DNA of 64,000 bases from the NCBI GenBank assembly GCA_964416275.1, contig CAYQDU010000002.1, positions 1,282 to 65,281 of the forward strand, in the 5' to 3' direction. Below the pieces are notes generated by a model. That model saw only the letters and a list, made by a program, of their open reading frames with translations, did no database searches and had not been told where the DNA came from. Positions within the stretch are counted from its first letter, which is position 1. The number at the start of each line of letters is the position of its first letter. Origin of the DNA: an uncultured Anaerolinea sp. (GTDB lineage Bacteria; Chloroflexota; Anaerolineae; Anaerolineales; UBA4823). Below, in pieces: positions 59,372 through 64,000 of the stretch. Both the position numbers and the translations under genes were made by a program.

Positions 59372-60318
59372 ATCCGACCTACTTCGCCGAATGGTTGCGC
59401 CGCCAGGGGCGCCGGGTGGTGCAAACCAAAAGCAGCTATTGGTATGAAGCCAGCCGCCGGGTGTACCAGGCTTTCCCCTATCACTGGCTCATTTATCCAT
59501 CGCAGGCGGAACTGGACGATTTTCTACGCAGCCAGGGAGCGATTGCGCTGCGCTACTCCACCGGCGTAGAGACGCCCCCCGGCATGCTCAGCTACCACGC
59601 GGTGTACGAAAAGCCCACCTATCGCCTGGAAGACCTGGACCGGCGCTCGCGGCAGAACATCCATCACGGGCTGAAGAACTGCCGGGTGGAGCAGATCTCG
59701 CTGGAGCGGCTGGCCGAAGATGGCTGGGAACTGGAGAACGATACGGTCGACCGCCAGCAGCGCGGGACGCCGATGCAGAGGGCCGCCTGGCAGCGGCGCT
59801 GCCTGGCGGCGGCCGACCTGCCCGGCTTTGAGGCCTGGGCGGCGATTGTAGACGGCCGCCTGGCCGCCACCCTGCTCTCGTTCCAGATGGACGATTGCTG
59901 CGAACTGATCTCGCAGCAGTGCAAGCGCGACTTCCTGCCCGCCCGGGTCAACAACGCCCTGACCTACATTGTCACCGAAACCATGACCCGCCGCCCCGGC
60001 ATCCACTCGATCTTTTACACCCTGCAATCGCTGGACGCCCCGCCCACGGTGGATGAATTCAAATTCCGCATGGGTTACGAGCCAAAGCCGGTGCGCCAGC
60101 GGGTTGAGTTTACTCCCCTGCTGCGGCCCCTGGCGACCGCATCTACCCTGGCCGGGGTGAGCTGGCTGCGGCGCAAGTTCAGCGAGAACGAATCGCTGGC
60201 AAAAGCCGAAGGCATGTTCCGCTTCTACATGGAAGGCAAGAAAGACCTGGGCTGCCAGCCCTGCCCGCCCTGTTTGGAGCCGTATCGCAACAGCCTGCTC
60301 TCTGCCCAGCCGGCCTGA
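59368..60318 (+). CDS. FemAB/CelD-like GNAT-fold acyltransferase (tentative)
   Basis: 316 aa, located in the EPS locus. The central region (FEAWAAIVDGRLAATLLSFQMDDCCELISQ) resembles BioF2-like/CelD-like acetyltransferases. Weak. Confidence 0.4.
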   Translation: MNPTYFAEWLRRQGRRVVQTKSSYWYEASRRVYQAFPYHWLIYPSQAELDDFLRSQGAIALRYSTGVETPPGMLSYHAVYEKPTYRLEDLDRRSRQNIHHGLKNCRVEQISLERLAEDGWELENDTVDRQQRGTPMQRAAWQRRCLAAADLPGFEAWAAIVDGRLAATLLSFQMDDCCELISQQCKRDFLPARVNNALTYIVTETMTRRPGIHSIFYTLQSLDAPPTVDEFKFRMGYEPKPVRQRVEFTPLLRPLATASTLAGVSWLRRKFSENESLAKAEGMFRFYMEGKKDLGCQPCPPCLEPYRNSLLSAQPA

Positions 60319-60403
60319 ATCTATGGAGGCGGCGCCTCTGTGCGGCGCCGCCCCGGTAGATTGAAATATTCCCGCCCCTGTTTCAGACCCCAGGATATTC
60401 ACC

Positions 60404-60928
60404 ATGAATCAAATGAATGGCTGCCAGATGCCCGGTTTGCCGCGCATGAGCGCCGGCGACCTGCCTTTAGAGCCGCAACCGCTGAAATTAAAGATCAAGC
60501 GCCTGCTGGCTTATCCCTGGAACTATGGGGTCAAAAAGTGGTTGAAAGCATTGTACGCCTGGCAAATGAAGAGGAGGAACCAACAAGATCATACAGGTAC
60601 CCCGGTGGTAAAGACCGCACCCATCGAGTTGCACCCTGGCGACAGGGTGCGGGTGCGCAGCCTGGAGGAAATCCAGGCCACGCTCGATCCGTGGAAGGAA
60701 CTGCGCGGCTGCGCCTTTCTACCCTACATGGCTGAATACTGTGGTACGACCCAGCGGGTATTGAAGCCGGTGGAACGGTTTTTGGATGAGCGCGACTACA
60801 AGGTCAAGCGGGCGCGCGGTGTGGTTCTGCTAGAGAGCGTGATCTGCAACGGCACGCCGGTGTTTGGCCGCTGCGACCGCGGCTGCCATCTGTTCTGGCG
60901 GGTCGAATGGCTTGAGAAAATAGAATAG
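60404..60928 (+). CDS. hypothetical small protein with C-terminal Cys/His cluster
   Basis: 174 aa with coding-like composition. LHPGDRVRVRSLEEIQATLD ... CNGTPVFGRCDRGCHLFWRVEWL. No family recognised. Confidence 0.5.
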   Translation: MNQMNGCQMPGLPRMSAGDLPLEPQPLKLKIKRLLAYPWNYGVKKWLKALYAWQMKRRNQQDHTGTPVVKTAPIELHPGDRVRVRSLEEIQATLDPWKELRGCAFLPYMAEYCGTTQRVLKPVERFLDERDYKVKRARGVVLLESVICNGTPVFGRCDRGCHLFWRVEWLEKIE

Positions 60929-60941
60929 AAGGAGCATAACA

Positions 60942-62516
60942 ATGCGTGGGGAAAACGTCATGCGCCTCAACAAAGCGGGATATTTGACTTCCTTTGGCCT
61001 GGCGATCAAAAGAATCTTCGACATCGTGTTGTCGGCGATCTTGCTGATTCTTTTGCTGCCATTCTTTGGGCTGATCGGCCTGGCGATTAAAAGCGATTCA
61101 GCCGGCCCGGTGTTCTTCAGCGGTAAGCGGATTGGGAAAAATGGCCGGGTCTTCAAAATTCTGAAGTTCCGCACCATGTTCGAGACCAGCGCCAGCTACC
61201 AGGGGCCGCGCGTCACCGCCCAGGATGATCCGCGCATCACCCCCCTGGGCCGCTGGCTACGCGACACTAAACTGAACGAACTGCCCCAGTTCTGGAACGT
61301 CTTGATTGGCGAAATGAGCCTGGTTGGGCCGCGGCCCGAAGACCCTATGATTGCCAAGACCTGGCCGCGCGGGGCGCGCGAAGAAATTCTGTCAGTGCGC
61401 CCCGGCATCACCAGCCCGGCCTCGGTGCTGTATCACAACGAGGAAACCATCCTTCATTCGAAAGACGTGTTGGAAAAATACCTCAAAGAACTCAGTCCCG
61501 ATAAGCTGCGCCTGGATCAACTTTATGTGCGCTATCGTTCGTTCTGGCTGGACCTGGACATTCTGATGTGGACGTTCTTCATCATGCTGCCGCGCATCGC
61601 CAGCTATTCGCCGCCCGAAGAACTGCTCTTCCTGGGGCCGATCTCGCGCCTGATCCGCCGCTATATGAACTGGCTGATCGTGGATATGGTGATAACGTTC
61701 TTCGCCCTGGGGATTGCCAGCCTGATCTGGCGGCTGTCTGGCCCGCTGAACCTGGGCTGGGCGTTGATCTCGCTCCTGGCCCTGGGGGGAGCCTTTATCT
61801 TCAGCCTGATGGGGGCGGCCTGGGGCATCAACCGGGTCAACTGGGACAAGGCTTCGCTGCAAGAGATGTTCCGTCTGCTGCCGCCCTGGCTGGCGGCCAC
61901 CCTGATCCTGGCAGGAGCCAACTATATCCTGGGCGTGGTTCCGGCCGGGCTGGTCATTGTGGCCGCCCTGCTGGCCCTGGGCGGGTTTGTCCTGTCGCGC
62001 TACCGCCAACGTTGGACATCGGAGCTGACCGGGCAGGTGCGGCAGGCGCTGGTCAAGTCGCAGGCCGCCCGCGAGCGGGTGTTAATCGTCGGGTCGGGCC
62101 GCACGGCCGAACACATCGCCTGGGTGCTGAACCACCCCGGCTATTCCGACCAGCTGCAGGTGGTGGGCTTCATCGACGACGACCTGACCACCCAGGGGAT
62201 GCGCATCTATGGAGCCCGGATCATCGGCGTGCTGAAAGACCTGCCGCGGCTGCTGTTGAAATACGACATTGGCCTGGTCATCCTGGCCGATCACCGCATC
62301 CACTATCACGACTTTATGGAGCAGACCCAGATCGGCCAGCTTTCGACGGTTAAGGTATTGATTGCCCCTGACATCTACGGGTCGGTGAATTTGTTGGTTC
62401 CCGGCCTGAACGGAGCTTCCGGCAACGAAACGGATGATCTGCAGGCGGTCAAAGAACTGCCCTGCCGGTTTTGCCTGGCCCGTCAAAATCATTCCACCGA
62501 AGACGCCGTTCGGTAA
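60942..62516 (+). CDS. polyprenyl-phosphate sugar-1-phosphate transferase (bacterial sugar transferase domain) with atypical domain order
   Basis: N-terminal Bac_transf domain (KRIFDIVLSAILLILLLPFF...VFKILKFRTM...LPQFWNVLIGEMSLVGPRPE), then about 5 TM helices, then a Rossmann/CoA_binding_3-like region RVLIVGSGRTAEHIAWVL...VVGFIDDD...GLVILAD. AAGGAG precedes the ATG. Confidence 0.85.
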   Translation: MRGENVMRLNKAGYLTSFGLAIKRIFDIVLSAILLILLLPFFGLIGLAIKSDSAGPVFFSGKRIGKNGRVFKILKFRTMFETSASYQGPRVTAQDDPRITPLGRWLRDTKLNELPQFWNVLIGEMSLVGPRPEDPMIAKTWPRGAREEILSVRPGITSPASVLYHNEETILHSKDVLEKYLKELSPDKLRLDQLYVRYRSFWLDLDILMWTFFIMLPRIASYSPPEELLFLGPISRLIRRYMNWLIVDMVITFFALGIASLIWRLSGPLNLGWALISLLALGGAFIFSLMGAAWGINRVNWDKASLQEMFRLLPPWLAATLILAGANYILGVVPAGLVIVAALLALGGFVLSRYRQRWTSELTGQVRQALVKSQAARERVLIVGSGRTAEHIAWVLNHPGYSDQLQVVGFIDDDLTTQGMRIYGARIIGVLKDLPRLLLKYDIGLVILADHRIHYHDFMEQTQIGQLSTVKVLIAPDIYGSVNLLVPGLNGASGNETDDLQAVKELPCRFCLARQNHSTEDAVR

Positions 62517-62662
62517 ATCCATTGTTTTGTCTGGCTTAGTTGAAACATTCTAAGGAGGGGTCTATTGCAATGTTCACCTGTCTTGTTAACCCATCGCGCG
62601 CCAAAGCAGAACGGTCGAATGAAACTGAATTTTCTTCCGATTTCTAGCGAAAGGGAAACAAA

Positions 62663-64000
62663 ATGACTAGTCGCCTTTTGACTCTTAAAAGATTAGCCAG
62701 CGCCTTCATGATAGCGAGCTTAATGCTGGCCTGGATCGTGGTTCCCGCCCCGGCGGCCACCAGCGAACTGCTGAACCAGGGGTTTGAAGCAATCGGTTTC
62801 CCGCCTACCAATTGGGCGGCCACCAGTTGGGAGCGCAGCACCTCTCAAGAACATGGCGGCAGCGCTTCAGCCCGCGGCACCAGTTCTTCCGGCACGCTCA
62901 CCACCCCCGACCTGAATACCACCGGCGCCCTGGGGATTGTCGTGGATTTCTACTACTATCGGGATTGGATGAACGGCGCGCTCTCCGTGTCTTACTGCGT
63001 AGGAACTAGCTGCACGCAGGCCAGCGATCTCAGCAGCAGCAGCACCGGCTCGTGGCAGCACTATCAGGCTACGATCACGGATGCGACCTACCTCAACAAG
63101 ACCAACTTTCGGGTGCGCTTCACCGGCGGCGGCGGTAATTATTCCCGCGCCTATGTCGATGATGTGGTGATCACCAAAGACACTGGCGAGCTCCTGACCG
63201 TCACCAAATCCGGCTCCGGCAGCGGCACGGTCACCAGCAATCCGACCGGGATTAACTGCGGCTCCACCTGCTCTAAGGCCTTCCCCGCCTCGCCTGCGGT
63301 CGTGCTGACCGCCGCCGCCTCCGGCGGCTCGACCTTCACCAGTTGGACCGGCTGCGATTCGACCAGCGGCAACACCTGCACCGTAGCGATGAGCGCCGCC
63401 AAGACGGTCAACGCGGTGTTCACGGCTGCCGTCCCCTGCTACGCCCTGACCCTGACTCACACCGGTTCGGGCAGCGACCCGGCCGCCAGCCCAGCCAACT
63501 CGACCGGCTGCGCGGTGGGCTACTACACCGCCGGGCAGGCTATCAACCTGAGCGGGGCCGTCCCCGTCTCTGGCTGGACGATTGGTGGTTGGAGCGGCAC
63601 ATCCAACGACGCCAGCACCGCCGCCACCAACGCCCTGGTCATGCCGGCCGCCGCCCAAACCGCGGCGGTCAACTACACCCGCATCCCTATCACCTACTAC
63701 GTTGACAATACCAACGCCGCCTGCTCCGACGCCGGGGCGGGCAGCCTGGCGGTTCCCTTCTGCACCATCACCCGCGGCGGCCAGCTGGCGATTGCCGGCG
63801 ACACCGTCCACGTCTTGCACGGCACGTATGCGGAAGTGGTTTCGCCAGACGGCAACGGCGCGGTCGGTTTCCCGCTGACCTTCAAGGCCGACCCCGGTGT
63901 GACCGTGACCGGCAGCCCAATCGTTGATTCCTTTGGCTTTTCCGTCAACAGCAAAAGCTACCTGGTGATCGACGGTTTCAATGTGACCGGCACGAAATAC
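62663..64000 (+). CDS. secreted protein, partial (runs off window end): signal peptide, N-terminal jelly-roll-like region, two divergent InlB-B-repeat-like modules, right-handed beta-helix start
   Basis: Own translation from ATG 62663 (MTSRLLTLKRLASAFMIASLMLAWIVVPAPAA...) is open to 64000. VTKSGSGSGTVTSNPTGINCGSTCSKAF...FTSWTGC...CTVAM...VNAVF, and YYVDNTNAACSDAGAGSLAVPFCTITRG...GDTVHVLHGTY. It is absent from the ORF track because it has no in-window stop. Confidence 0.75.
   Translation, partial: MTSRLLTLKRLASAFMIASLMLAWIVVPAPAATSELLNQGFEAIGFPPTNWAATSWERSTSQEHGGSASARGTSSSGTLTTPDLNTTGALGIVVDFYYYRDWMNGALSVSYCVGTSCTQASDLSSSSTGSWQHYQATITDATYLNKTNFRVRFTGGGGNYSRAYVDDVVITKDTGELLTVTKSGSGSGTVTSNPTGINCGSTCSKAFPASPAVVLTAAASGGSTFTSWTGCDSTSGNTCTVAMSAAKTVNAVFTAAVPCYALTLTHTGSGSDPAASPANSTGCAVGYYTAGQAINLSGAVPVSGWTIGGWSGTSNDASTAATNALVMPAAAQTAAVNYTRIPITYYVDNTNAACSDAGAGSLAVPFCTITRGGQLAIAGDTVHVLHGTYAEVVSPDGNGAVGFPLTFKADPGVTVTGSPIVDSFGFSVNSKSYLVIDGFNVTGTKY

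Overview
GC-rich bacterial chromosomal window. The taxon cannot be determined by eye; the split cytochrome b6/subunit IV and overall gene content would fit a Chloroflexota-like or other Terrabacteria lineage. From left to right: (1) a MoxR/CbbQ-type AAA ATPase with a partial downstream partner gene, plus a USP-like gene. (2) A four-gene Hmc/DsrMKJOP-like membrane redox module: HdrD/DsrK-like, NarI/DsrM-like, a 4Fe-4S subunit, and an NrfD-like subunit fused to a hexaheme cytochrome c. (3) Two divergent XRE-cupin regulators, a LysR regulator and a beta-propeller lactonase. (4) A ~15 kb, 13-gene, same-strand respiratory supercluster: GltD-like NAD(P)H/FAD/FeS oxidoreductase, cytochrome b6, subunit IV, Rieske, triheme cyt c, DUF1360, degenerate receiver, diheme cyt c, narG, narH, narJ, narI, narK. 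It is followed by a NarX/NarL-like two-component system and polytopic membrane proteins with repeated His motifs. (5) Envelope and housekeeping genes. (6) ppk1-ppk2-ppk2 next to dps. (7) An AT-rich ~2 kb island with a truncated zinc-ribbon transposase. (8) An exopolysaccharide locus of more than 19 kb that runs off the window end. The strongest non-genic signal is a mosaic family of nested palindromic repeats that fills most larger intergenic gaps. These repeats show compensatory stem changes, and one copy is inserted in frame in the lactonase gene. A second palindromic family forms a bidirectional terminator and has a copy in frame inside narG. No rRNA, tRNA or CRISPR array was found.
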